From Octopus sinensis (lineage: Eukaryota), in NCBI RefSeq assembly GCF_006345805.1, contig NW_021835474.1:12313-76312 (forward strand): a DNA stretch of 64,000 nucleotides, read 5' to 3'. Shown piece after piece: positions 50,836 to 62,860 of this stretch; position 1 is the stretch's first letter, and each line of letters opens with the position of its first letter. The translations under genes and the position numbers were made by a program. The notes beneath the pieces were generated by a model. The model searched no databases, was not told the DNA's origin, and saw only the letters and a program-made list of their open reading frames with translations.

Positions 50836-51904
50836 GCAATCTTTCGTTTGTAGTAGACCTTTCCGTCGATGATTTCCGTAAAAAACTTTTATTCTTTTAC
50901 ATATGGGCTTGCGGTAACTTCTGAAGTAATGAGAGCGAAAGAGACTAAGAGAAAGCGATTTTATGACGAGGGAAGTTCTTTTCAAGTTACCGTGCAAGAG
51001 AAGCATTGATGTACATGTGTATGTGTGTGCGTATGTGTGTGTGTGTGTGTTTGATGGGGTGTGGGAGACAGAAAGTATGTTGTGTAGGTGAAGTGCTTCT
51101 GTTAGTGTGTGTGAAGAGACAGAGAGAGTAACGTGCGAAAGAGAGAGATAACTGAATTTTTTTACTCGGTTTTTGTAGTGCGTGCGTGTGTATGCATGTA
51201 TGTGTGTGTGTGTATGTATCTATGTACGTGTGTGTATGTATGTATGAGTGTGTATGTGTATGTATGTATGTATGGCCGATTCAGTGTTTACATTATTTCG
51301 AGTTAAAACGAAAGATTACCAAAAAAAAAAAATGTTGTCTATATCTTCGATCACTGTCATTATTCCATTGAGTTAACCTCATTATTTTCTACATAGCAGA
51401 CCGTTACATAAACAGGCAAAGGTAATCTTTCGTTTTAACTCGAAATAATGTAAACACTGAATCGGCCATACATACATACATACATACATACATACATACA
51501 TACATACATACATACATACATACATACACACACACATACATACACACACACACATACATAGATACACACACACATACATGCATACATACATATACACATA
51601 CACCGAGTAAAAAAATTCAGTTTCTCTCTCTTTCACACATTACTCTGACTCTTCACACACACTAACAGAAGCACTTCACTTACACAACATACTTTCTGTC
51701 TCCCACACCCCATCAAACACACACACACACACACACACACATGTACACGGTAACTTCAAAAGAACTTCCCTAGTCATAAAATCGCTTTCTCTGAGGCTCT
51801 TTCGCTCTCATTACTTCAAAAGTTACCGCAAGCCCATATGTAAAAAAATAAAGTTTTTTTACGGAAATCATCGACGGGAAGGTCTACTACAAACGAAAGA
51901 TTGC
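50836..51904. mobile_element. ~1.07-kb foldback element with ~480-bp inverted arms
   Basis: GCAATCTTTCGTTTGTAGTAGACC...CGAAAGATTACC versus GGTAATCTTTCG...GGTCTACTACAAACGAAAGATTGC; ~100-bp spacer. Confidence 0.85.
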
Positions 51905-52117
51905 AACTTGTAGCCCCGGAAATGGTAAACAAAAGCAAGTGAAAGGAGTGCAAATCTCAAAATTTACCAGTTGCTCATAAATTTTACACCCAAACTATCA
52001 AGAGTTTTAAATTGCAGCCATTAGTTACATCGTTTTAAATCGACTTAGCCTACCAGGCGGCTACTGTGGATCCTATATCCAAAAGTTAATAGCTTGTTAG
52101 AAATATCATTTTTTTTC

Positions 52118-52731
52118 TTCACAAGGCCTGAAATTTTGTAGGAAGGGGCTCGTCGATCACATCGACCCTGAAAGGATGAATACTAAAGTCGACCTCGGTT
52201 GAGTTCAAAACGTTAAGATGGATAAAATGTTGCTAAGGAGTGGCTGTGTGGTAAGTAGCTTGCTAACCAACCACATGGTTCCGGGTTCAGTCCCACTGCG
52301 TGGCATCTTGGGCAAGTGTCTTCTACTATAGCCCCGGGCCGACCAATGCCTTGTGAGTGGATTTGGTAGACGGAAACTGAAAGAAGCCTGTCGTATATAT
52401 GTATATATATATATATAATATATAGATATAATAATATATAATAATATATAATATATTCTTATCTATATATATATATATGTATGTGTGTGTGTTTGTGTGT
52501 CTGTGTTTGTTCCCCTAGCATTGCTTGACAACCGATGCTGGTGTGTTTACGTCGCCGTCACTTAGCGGTTCGGCAAAAAGAAACCGATAGAATACGTATT
52601 GGGCTTACAAAAAGAATAAGTCCCGGGGTCGAGTTGCTCGACTAAAGGCGGTGCTCCAGCATGGCCGCAGTCAAATGACTGAAACAAGTAAAAGAGTAAA
52701 AGAGTAATAATTTCGCCCGGTGTGCTAACGA
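52118..52731 (-). mobile_element. SINE-B relic interrupted by SINE A (52236-52705, plus strand)
   Basis: CACAAGGCCTGAAATTTTG...GTCGACCTCGG...GCTAA | SINE A | TTTCGCCCGGTGTGCTAACG. Confidence 0.7.
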
Positions 52732-52907
52732 GTGATTTTGTCTGTCTCTATACTATGTTACAAAACAAAATTGTGCATATATTGTATATGAGCCGTAATG
52801 GTGTTATCAGGAAATTTTATTTAAGAGAATACTGCAATATTTGATTGCAGTAAAATTGATGAGGTTGTTGCAAACCTCAAAGATCGGTTAATATAAAGAT
52901 CTTCATC

Positions 52908-53600
52908 CAGGAAAAAAAATTAAACCAGCCTGGGGCGTGTTAACAAGTGTGTGGAAAACGAATATGAAAAACAAAATACGCGCTGACGACCCTGGGGGTA
53001 GGGAGAGGGGACTTTCGGAAAATTCACAAGATGCGATTTTTCCGTCATAACTTCGGGTAAAATGGATATATATTGATTTTTTTTTGTTACGGAATCCCAC
53101 GTTTTTGGTTACGGAGGATCCGATTCCGAAAAATTTTCAAAAATCGCATTTTCGAAATTTCATTTATGTTATCGCAGTTTTGTGAAATTTAGCTGTTATT
53201 TCTAGCAAGTGAACAGTCTGCTTGAAGGTCTGAGGATATATATACTCTTTTTTCTTGAAATATTGCAAATAATTCTTTTCAGAATAATCTTCGTATTTTT
53301 CTACGTATTTCGCAAAAAAAAAAAAAAAAAATCCGGATAAAGTGAAAAATGAAGTGGTGGTGGGGGGGGGGGTTGAAATTTTGAAAATGTTTTTTCAGAA
53401 TCGGATCCTCCGTAACCAAAAACGTGCGATTCCGTAAAAAAAAAAATCAATATATATCCCATTTTACCTGAAGTTATGACGGAAAAATCGGATCATGTGA
53501 ATTTTCCGAAAGTCTCCTCCCCACCCACAGGGTCGCCAGCGTGTTTTTTTTTTGTATATTCCCCACACCAGGCTAGTTAATTTTTTTTTTGTTCCCGGGT
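52908..53600. mobile_element. ~690-bp foldback element with ~250-bp inverted arms
   Basis: ...CCGTCATAACTTCGGGTAAAATGG...GGAGGATCCGATTC versus GAATCGGATCCTCC...TTTTACCTGAAGTTATGACGG. Confidence 0.8.
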
Positions 53601-54027
53601 GAGATATTGACCCAAAGATCTTGCAGGACGAGGGTGCTATAGAATGTGGATAGGATGAGCCTAAAAGAAGAGTTGTTAAAGTGGTGTTAGAAACAGGCTG
53701 AATCCCTCAGTTTATAATTAATCTTAGTAAAAATGGATTCCTTCATTAGGCAATAAAAAATTAAACTACACGAACAATTCTCGAATGTCTGTAAAATAAA
53801 TAAAATTACATCCGGTAATTCATATCTGAAAAAGCTAAAAAAATTTTGCGTGTAAGTAGTATATTTAGCTGCTTTTAGCACATCTCAACCACCTCATGCC
53901 GTCCTCGCTTGTCGATCCTTCTACCCAAACACATACAATGGACTATTGTTAGGATTCCAAGCCAAAAATTCTGACTCTCCCTATTTTAAACACTGGAAAA
54001 GTAAAAGCAGTTTCGAAGTTGAGATAA

Positions 54028-54450
54028 AGGGTGCTACTAGCGAACAGTGGTCCCGGAGCGCGTTAGCTAGTCGTAAGTAGTCGATCCTACGACTTGCGCG
54101 TATGCAAATGATACATGTTTGTATTTCAAGGCTGAATACATTTCAAAGAAAATGGGTTTTTTTAAACATTGGATATAATTTTTTTACACAAATTAAATAC
54201 TTTTTGAACAAAGTAAATAATTTTTTAAACTAAGTAAATAAATTATTTTTTATAAACAAACTAAGGTTAGGTTTAGGGTTAAAAAACTTTAAAAAAAATT
54301 ATTTACTTTGTTCGAAAAAAAAAAAAAAAACCCATTATCTTTGATATGTATTCAGCGTTGAAATACAAACATGTATACGCGCAAGTCGTTGTAGGATCGA
54401 CTACTTACGACAAGTTAGCGCGCTCCGGGACCACTGTTCGCTAGTAGTGC
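54028..54450. mobile_element. MITE with ~130-bp TIRs
   Basis: CTACTAGCGAACAGTGGTCCCGGAGCGCG versus CGCGCTCCGGGACCACTGTTCGCTAGTAG; related half copy at ~44055-44190. Confidence 0.8.
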
Positions 54451-55009
54451 CGAGGTAAAGTGCGTGCCTAACATTTTTGCCGATAAATCTTCAATAAAAT
54501 TAAAGACAGCCAAACCAAAGTATCCTTAGAAAGAACCAGTTTTGCATGAAATACACCTGGACGTCAGGGAGAATTCTGCTATAAATACAGTTTTAAGTAT
54601 CGTTAAGACATTTTACAAAGACAACGCAAATCAATAGAAAGTCGAAAGTAACAATCATGAGAATATGGGTGGTCCTGAAAAGGACCGTAATTCGCTGAGC
54701 AAAGACTAAGTAGATTTAAAATTTGAAATTGAGGCAAACTAGTGAGATGCAAATCCTTTGTTTTTTGTCTATTTAATTTCAATTTGCGCATGTTCGTCAA
54801 CCCGCAGCGACGAAGGAGCGGGTTGTAAATTTAAGATATTGGAAAACAATACAGTGAGAAATAACGAGGAAGGTATCAGGTGGTCGTGCGATATGCTAGA
54901 GACCCTATTTTATTTTTTCATACCGAAAAGGCTGCTCACTGCTTCTTTTTAAAATCATAAAACTGCCTTAAATCATTTCCAGTCAAAACAAACTCCGCTG
55001 AATTATTTT

Positions 55010-55390
55010 AGAACATGGTTGAGTCCACTGAAGCTCCGGCGTCTAGCGACGGACTTGGTAAACACCCACAAGGTTATCAACCACCTCACCAACAACAACA
55101 CTGAACACCTTTTTGATCTCCATGTGTCTAACACACGTGGACATGCCTACAAAGTCAGAAAACAGCACAGCTCCCATGACTTTCGGAAACATTTTTTCAC
55201 GCTCAGGGTTGCTGAAGCGTGGAATAAACTGCCTGCATCAGTTGTTGACTGCCATGACACTGCATCCTTTAAGGCCCTCATGCTTCCCGAAATCCGTCGA
55301 AGCTACACCTGATTATATATACACTTTAGATGAGTTGTAGTGCACCTGAGCACTGTACACAATTATTATTATTATTATTATTATTATTAT
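55010..55390 (+). mobile_element. CR1-like LINE 3' end with (TTA)n tail
   Basis: LRRLATDL...NTRGHAYKV...RKHFFTLRVAEAWNKLP. Confidence 0.85.
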
Positions 55391-55499
55391 AAAATAGGGT
55401 TTGACTCCACCTCCATTTAGAGCACAGTTTAAGCTGTCTTTTCGTGGAAGAAGGTTTATATTCCTATAACCTGTGTTAATTGTGTAACCCTTTAAAATG

Positions 55500-55640
55500 G
55501 AAGATAAGAAAGTTCATTTTCGGCACTTGATGCTTTGGGAAACAGACAAAAATTGCTGCAGCTCGGCTGGAATGTGTTACTCCACCCTCCATATTCACCA
55601 TATTCACCAGATACTGGTCCTTCGGATTTCCACTCTTGCT
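55500..55640 (+). mobile_element. mariner transposase relic
   Basis: QKLLQLGWNVLLHPPYSP...PSDFH, resembling HPPYSPDLAPSDFH. Confidence 0.65.
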
Positions 55641-55899
55641 GCTGTTTTCTTCCCGAGATGAATACTAGAAGGCTCGCGCCCCACTCAACGACTTCCTAAC
55701 GTAACACCGCGTTGCTGGAGTGAATGATGTTTGTTGCACAACTGAAAAACCCTGCCTGTTATTTGAATAAATCAACAACCTCCTATTATAGCATCACTAG
55801 TAAAGTTATTGTTAAGATAATAGCCATTTTGTAGACTTTAGGCGGAATTCTGGTTTAAGCAAGACCATTAATAAAAAAGATCGGTAAAATTAGAGTAAC

Positions 55900-56354
55900 A
55901 CACGCACGATTTTCACTAAAAAAAAAAAAAAATCGGATTTTTTGCGTGGAATCTAGTACCCTGACCTCCTAATATGCTGCAAATCCCATATTTTGGTGCG
56001 GAAGGAGTGGGGGTGCTCCCCCCCCCCCCCCGGAATTTTCACACAAAAAAAACTCGGATCTTTTGCGTGGAATCAAGTACCCTGACCTCCTAATATGCTG
56101 CAAATCCCATATTTTGGTCCGGAAGGAGTGGGGGTGCTCCCCCCCCCCCGGAATTTTCACAAAAAAAACTCGGATCTTTTGCGTGAATCAAGTACCCTGA
56201 CCTCCTAAATGCTGCAAATCCCATATTTTGGTCCGGAAGGAGTGGGGGTGCTCCCCCCCCCCCGGAATTTTCACACAAAAAAAACTCGGATCTTTTGCGT
56301 GGAATCAAGTACCCTGACCTCCTAATATGCTGCAAATCCCATATTTTGGTCCGG
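55900..56354. repeat. ~117-bp minisatellite, ~3.7 copies, from an interspersed repeat family
   Basis: TTTTGCGTGGAATCAAGTACCCTGACCTCC units; related sequence at ~25790-26375 (inverted) and ~28620-28800. Confidence 0.85.
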
Positions 56355-56879
56355 ACAACCAAATATATTTGAAGATCTACACTTATACACTATTTTCTTG
56401 ATTTTTGTATATCCTTCTTTACTCCTTGGGGCAAGATGGCGAGATTGCTGGGGCAGGGTTCCTTGTAACATGAGTGGGATATTTAGTTCCTGGCCCAGGC
56501 CACTCGGCAGTAGGTAAATGTCAAGTTCCTTTATTAATTCCTAATTAACCAATTAGTAGCGTTTGTTGTTTCCGTGCTAACTTACAGAATACGCGGACCC
56601 CACATATATATATATATATGTGTGCGCGCACACGCACCCTCCCACATACATGCATGCACTCTCATCGACAAACGCACGCAGACACACACACACACACACA
56701 CGCACAGACAGATACAGGCTCGCAAATTCCCATGTGCATGTATTAATTTATCCGTGTATTTATGTATGCCTGTGAGTTGGTGTGTATGTGTGCGTGTGTG
56801 TGCTCGTGCGGGTTTGTATGTGCATAAGTATGTGTATGTGTTTGTGTGTATGTAAGTTCACACGCACACACACACCACA

Positions 56880-56911
56880 CACACACACACACACACTATA
56901 TATATATTATA

Positions 56912-56942
<31 letters not shown>

Positions 56943-57005
56943 GATATTATATGTATATATAATATATATATATATAATATATATATATATAGTATGTATG
57001 TATAT

Positions 57006-57046
<41 letters not shown>

Positions 57047-57234
57047 GATATATATATACATACATACATATATATTCGATTCGTTCGTTTCGTTCTTCTT
57101 CTCCAAGTACTGTTTTATATTATTATATATACATATTTATGTATATATATATATATATATACACATACATATATATGTATATATATATATATATATATGT
57201 AATATATATATTATATATAATATATATATAGGTA

Positions 57235-57284
<50 letters not shown>

Positions 57285-57294
57285 TATATAGTAT

Positions 57295-57341
<47 letters not shown>

Positions 57342-57400
57342 TATATATTATATATATATATATATAACATATATATGTATATATATATATATATATATAA
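56880..57400. repeat. (TA)n microsatellite
   Basis: Dinucleotide tract. Confidence 0.95.
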
Positions 57401-57429
57401 CTTAGAATAACTTAGAAAGGTTTTGGCCA

Positions 57430-58060
57430 GTATTGGCCCAGGCCATGTCTAACTTAATAGCACCACCTGGCGAAGTCTTTCAGTTCAGGATTTGGGCACC
57501 AAGGCCATTCGAGCAGAGAGTTATTGTTTGCGGAGACATATCCGGGGGTGGGTGGTTGTCCAGTACTGTTTGAAGGAATTTGTCCAAAGACTTCTTGAAT
57601 TGTGTGTGGTCAGTTTCTTTTTTGACTTGTCCTGGTGTAATGTTGAAGAGAGCGGGCGGTCCAATTGAGGTGAAATAGTTGTGCCGTATTGTCGTTATGT
57701 GATGTGATTTAGATTTTGTGTGGACGGATGGCACGTGGTCCAAGCCTTGGATGCAGTTTGAAGGTGATGCCAACATCATTCGGACAGTGCTGGTGGAATA
57801 TTTTCCACATCATACAGATAATGTAGCGTTCACGGCGTCGTTGGAGTGAATACAATTTCAGCTTCTCTAGTCTACCCAGTAGTCAAGGTCTGACATGCCA
57901 TCTATCTTTTTTGTGATTGACCTTTGGGGAGCTTCAATTCTCATAATATTTTGTTTTGTGTAGGGAGACCACAGTGGACAGCAGTATTCAAGGTGGGGTC
58001 GGGCAAAAGTGGAGAAGAGAAGGATAATAGCGTGGGAATCTCTCGACTGGAAGGTTCTGA
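57430..58060 (-). mobile_element. CR1-like LINE RT C-terminal relic
   Basis: [14 protein letters not shown]...QRSITKKI...KLYSLQRRRERY. Confidence 0.8.
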
Positions 58061-58390
58061 GAATATATATATATATGTATATATATATATAATTATATAT
58101 ATATACATATATATGTATATATATATAATAGATATATGTGTGTATATATATATATATATATTATATATATATATATAATATATATATATATATACATTTA
58201 TATGTATATATGTATATATATAGATATATATGTATATATATATATATATATATAGATATATATATTATATACATATATATGTATATATCTATATATATAC
58301 ATACATATATAGTATATATATATATATATGTATATATATATGTATATATCTATATATTATAAATATATATGTATATATATACATATATGT
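58060..58390. repeat. (TA)n microsatellite
   Basis: Dinucleotide tract. Confidence 0.95.
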
Positions 58391-58722
58391 ATATATATAT
58401 ACATATATATGTAGTGCCTCTGTTGAACTGGACGGACATCTTTTGTCTCTCTCCCCAAAGTCAGTAGCAAGCTACACAGCTTCAAAATTAACTGACCTTA
58501 AATATATATATATATTTGTAACCACGTGTTTGCCTACAACCCGTAAGTACGTTTTTATTTAACTACAAATTGTTATATACACTTGTTTTCTTTTAATATC
58601 TTCAAAACAACCAAATAATCAAAAACTCACACCCTCAAGAGAGAACATTTATATATATATACACTTCTTTAACTCCCAAGAAAGAATATATATATATCAA
58701 AAAAATCAAAAGAAAAACAAAC

Positions 58723-59190
58723 ATGACTAACTTGCAGGCCTGCAACAGACGAAATTGGTCCGATAATGAAATTGATGTTTTAATAAACACTTGGTTCTCT
58801 CTTTCCCAAACAGATAATTTAAATGTTTTGTGTTTGAATGAGATTGCCGAAAAAACATCACAAGTGGTCAACACACGATCCGTCAAACAGATTCGTAGTA
58901 AACTGAAACATATCGAAGTATCTTTCAAACTGACAAAAGGCCATTTTGAAAAGCTCCTTTATATTTTCACTGTTCAAGAACAGCAACGGCTAGAAAATCA
59001 GCAGCCACAACAACAAGAACAACAGAATGAGCCACTCCTGGTTCCCAGCACAATGGCTGACCCTAACATCGGTCAAGCACAACAACAACAACAACAGCCA
59101 CTCCTCAACTCTAGCATACTAGACGATTCACTAAATGCCAGTATCTTTTCACCGCTCTCACGGCAACCACCACAATTATCATCATCATAA
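58723..59190 (+). CDS. Intronless 155-aa ORF with a Myb/SANT-like (trihelix-type) N-terminal domain and Gln-rich tail
   Basis: True ATG; RRNWSDNEIDVLINTW...EIAEK...TRSVKQIRSKLKHIEVSFK resembles W.....LI..W...IA...RT..Q...K.K.L...YK. Confidence 0.5.
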   Translation: MTNLQACNRRNWSDNEIDVLINTWFSLSQTDNLNVLCLNEIAEKTSQVVNTRSVKQIRSKLKHIEVSFKLTKGHFEKLLYIFTVQEQQRLENQQPQQQEQQNEPLLVPSTMADPNIGQAQQQQQQPLLNSSILDDSLNASIFSPLSRQPPQLSSS

Positions 59191-59224
59191 TCACCACCGC
59201 TGCCACCATATATATATATACCCT

Positions 59225-59430
59225 TACTCTTTTACTTGTTTCAGTCATTTGACTGCGGCCATGCTGGAGCACCGCCTTTAATCGAGCAACTCGACCCCGG
59301 GACTTATTCTTTTGTAAGCCAGTACTTATTATATCGGTCTCTTTTCCGAACCGCTAAGAACGGGGACATAGACACACCAGCATCGGTTGTCAAGCAATGC
59401 TAGGGACACAGACACACAAACACACACACG

Positions 59431-59494
<64 letters not shown>

Positions 59495-59654
59495 CAGGCT
59501 TCTTTCAGTTTCCGTCTACCAAATCCACTCACAAGGCTTTGGTCGGCCCGAGGCTATAGTAGAAGACACTTGCCCAAGGTGCCACGCAGTGGGACTGAAC
59601 CCGGAACCATGTGGTTGGTAAACAAGCTACTTACCACACAGCCACTCCTGCGCC
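59225..59654 (-). mobile_element. SINE family A
   Basis: Reverse complement of consensus. Confidence 0.85.
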
Positions 59655-59811
59655 ATATACATATATATACATATATATATATATTTTTTTTCACTTGTTT
59701 ATTGCTTGGGTGGTGTTGAGTTTGATCTGAGAACATAATCTTTTGTGGAGAATGGCGATTTGACGTCTATATCTAGCATGTTGACTGTCACTTTTTCGTG
59801 TCAGCTTAATT

Positions 59812-59874
<63 letters not shown>

Positions 59875-60231
59875 TATATATATATACATATATATATTAT
59901 ATATATATACACACATATATATATATATATATATACATTATATACATATAATTTCAACAATTGAGGGCAAAATTAATTAATTATTAATCAATTTCACCAA
60001 GTGTTCAGTATGCAAGGGACCATTCAAGGCGAATTCAAATTATTACATTATATAAAAGGGTTAGTAAAATAAATTACTTTGCCGCATACTGAACTCATTA
60101 GAAATAGCAGCTAAAAAACTTTTTAAAGCTATTCTAATACTTAAAGAAAATCTCTCTCATATATAGTGTTTGCTTAATTTAACTCACAAAAGTTTGGGGG
60201 TAAGGACATCGAAAAATCAAATGCTAAGGTT

Positions 60232-60291
60232 ATTTGAGAACGTACGTTTCAAGATTAGTCAAAACCAACACTTCTATCATCAGCTCGAAAT
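60232..60291 (-). ncRNA. Type I hammerhead ribozyme motif, unit 1
   Basis: GAG-CTGATGA...GAAAC-GTAC-GTT-CTC. Confidence 0.65.
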
Positions 60292-60772
60292 TCCTTGGTT
60301 TGGATTTGGAAACACTGAAAATAAGAACATCCCTTTTGAAGATCTGCTCGTAACTAACAGTGCCAACAAATTCAAATAAGCAAGCGAAGAATCTCTGTTC
60401 TCCCCTTTCCACCAGCGTGGGTTAAAATCATCAAACACTATGCTTATTTCGGTAAAATCCGAAGCATTAATCAGAGGGAGATTAATTATAATTTCAACAA
60501 TGAGGGCAAAATTAATTAATTATTAATCAATTTCACCAAGTGTTCAGTATGCAAAGGGACCATTCAAGGCGAATTCAAAATTACATTATATAAAAGGGCT
60601 TAGTAAAATAAATTACTTTGCCGCATACTGAACTCATTAGAAATAGCAGCTAAAAAACTTTTTTAAAGCTATTTCTAATACTTAAAGAAAATCTCTCTCA
60701 TATATAGTGTTTGCTTAATTTAACTCACAAAAGTTTGGGGGTAAGGACATCGAAAAATCAAATGCTAAGGTT

Positions 60773-60833
60773 ATTTGAGAACGTACGTTTCAAGATTAGT
60801 CAAAAACAACACTTCTATCATCAGCTCAGAAAT
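60773..60833 (-). ncRNA. Type I hammerhead ribozyme motif, unit 2 (intact reference copy)
   Basis: TGAG-CTGATGA-TAGAAGTGTTGTTTTTGACTAATCTT-GAAA-C-GTAC-G-TT-CTCA. Confidence 0.7.
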
Positions 60834-61319
60834 TCCTTGGTTTGGATTTGGAAACACTGAAAATAAGAACATACCCTTTTGAAGATCTGCTCGTAACTAA
60901 CAGTGCCAACAAATTCAAATAAGCAAGCGAAGAATCTCTGTTCTCCCCTTTCCACCAGCGTGGGTTAAAATCATCAAACACTATGCTTATTTCGGTAAAA
61001 TCCGAAGCATTAATCAGAGGGAGATTAATTATAATTTCAACAATTGAGGGCAAAATTAATTAATTATTAATCAATTTCACCAAGTGTTCAGTATGCAAAG
61101 GGACCATTCAAGGCGAATTCAAATTATTACATTATATAAAAGGGCTTAGTAAAATAAATTACTTTGCCGCATACTGAACTCATTAGAAATAGCAGCTCTA
61201 AAAACTTTTTTAAAGCTATTTCTAATACTTAAAGAAAATCTCTCTCATATATAGTGTTTGCTTAATTTAACTCACAAAGTTTTGGGGGTAAGGACATCGA
61301 AAAATCAAATGCTAAGGTT

Positions 61320-61379
61320 ATTTGAGAAGTACGTTTCAAGATTAGTCAAAAACAACACTTCTATCATCAGCTCAGAAAT
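61320..61379 (-). ncRNA. Hammerhead motif, unit 3, 1-nt deletion in helix III
   Basis: GAAACGTACTT instead of GAAACGTACGTT. Confidence 0.5.
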
Positions 61380-61865
61380 TCCTTGGTTTGGATTTGGAAA
61401 CACTGAAAATAAGAACATACCCTTTTGAAGATCTGCTCGTAACTAACAGTGCCAACAAATTCAAATAAGCAAGCGAAGAATCTCTGTTCTCCCCTTTCCA
61501 CCAGCGTGGGTTAAAATCATCAAACACTATGCTTATTTCGGTAAAATCCGAAGCATTAATCAGAGGGAGATTAATTATAATTTCAACAATTGAGGGCAAA
61601 ATTAATTAATTATTAATCAATTTCACCAAGTGTTCAGTATGCAAAGGGACCATTCAAGGCGAATTCAAATTATTACATTATATAAAAGGGCTTAGTAAAA
61701 TAAATTACTTTGCCGATACTGAACTCATTAGAAATAGCAGCTAAAAAACTTTTTTAAAGCTATTTCTATACTTAAAGAAAATCTCTCTCATATATAGTGT
61801 TTGCTTAATTTAACTCACAAAAGTTTGGGGGTAAGGACATCGAAAAATCAAATGCAAATAAGGTT

Positions 61866-61925
61866 ATTTGAGAACGTACGTTTAAGATTAGTCAAAAACA
61901 ACACTTCTATCATCAGCTCAGAAAT
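61866..61925 (-). ncRNA. Hammerhead motif, unit 4, G of GAAA missing
   Basis: CTTAAACGTACGTT instead of CTTGAAACGTACGTT. Confidence 0.5.
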
Positions 61926-62406
61926 TCCTTGGTTTGGATTTGGAAACACTGAAAAAAGAACATACCCTTTTGAAGATCTGCTCGTAACTAACAGTGCCAA
62001 CAAATTCAAATAAGCAAGCGAAGAATCTCTGTTCTCCCCTTTCCACCAGCGTGGGTTAAAATCATCAAACACTATGCTTATTTCGGTAAAATCCGAAGCA
62101 TTAATCAGAGGGAGATTAATTATAATTTCAACAATTGAGGGCAAAATTAATTAATTATTAATCAATTTCACCAAGTGTTCAGTATGCAAGGGACCATTCA
62201 AGGCGAATTCAATTATTACATTATATAAAAGGGCTTAGTAAAATAAATTACTTTGCCGCATACTGAACTCATTAGAAATAGCAGCTAAAAAACTTTTTAA
62301 AGCTATTTCTAATACTTAAAGAAAATCTCTCTCATATATAGTGTTTGCTTAATTTAACTCACAAAAGTTTGGGGGTAAGGACATCGAAAAATCAAATGCT
62401 AAGGTT

Positions 62407-62460
62407 ATTTGAGAACGTACGTTTCAAGATTAGTCAAAAACAACACTTCTATCATCAGCT
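62407..62460 (-). ncRNA. Hammerhead core, unit 5, truncated in helix I at the array edge
   Basis: (TA)n-AG-CTGATGA...GAAACGTACGTTCTC. Confidence 0.55.
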
Positions 62461-62644
62461 TATATATATACATATATATATACATATATATATATACATA
62501 TATATACATATATATACATAATATACATATATATATATATACATATATATACAAATATATACATATATATATATATAACATATATATACATATATATACA
62601 TATATTATATATAAATATATTACATATATATCATATATATATAC

Positions 62645-62701
<57 letters not shown>

Positions 62702-62754
62702 CATACACACATATATATACATATATATATATACACACACACACATATATATAT

Positions 62755-62806
<52 letters not shown>

Positions 62807-62860
62807 TACACACACACACACACACACACCACACACACACACAACAATATATATATATAA
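62461..62860. repeat. (TA)n/(CA)n microsatellite
   Basis: Dinucleotide tract. Confidence 0.95.

Larger units (their letters stand above)
59948..62460 (-). repeat. ~545-bp tandem repeat, ~4.6 near-identical units, retrozyme-like
   Basis: Unit starts ~59948, 60488, 61031, 61577, 62122; units differ mostly by 1-nt indels; (TA)n on both flanks. Confidence 0.95.

Noticed and set aside
60560-60645. Second hammerhead-like arrangement in the 545-bp unit (CTAATGA plus an 11-bp stem)
   Set aside because: Core differs at the invariant G5 and GAAA is 7 nt out of register; the stem may still be part of the RNA fold
60170-62144. Short repeated ORFs in the 545-bp units
   Set aside because: Non-ATG starts, frames differ between units, no recognisable domain
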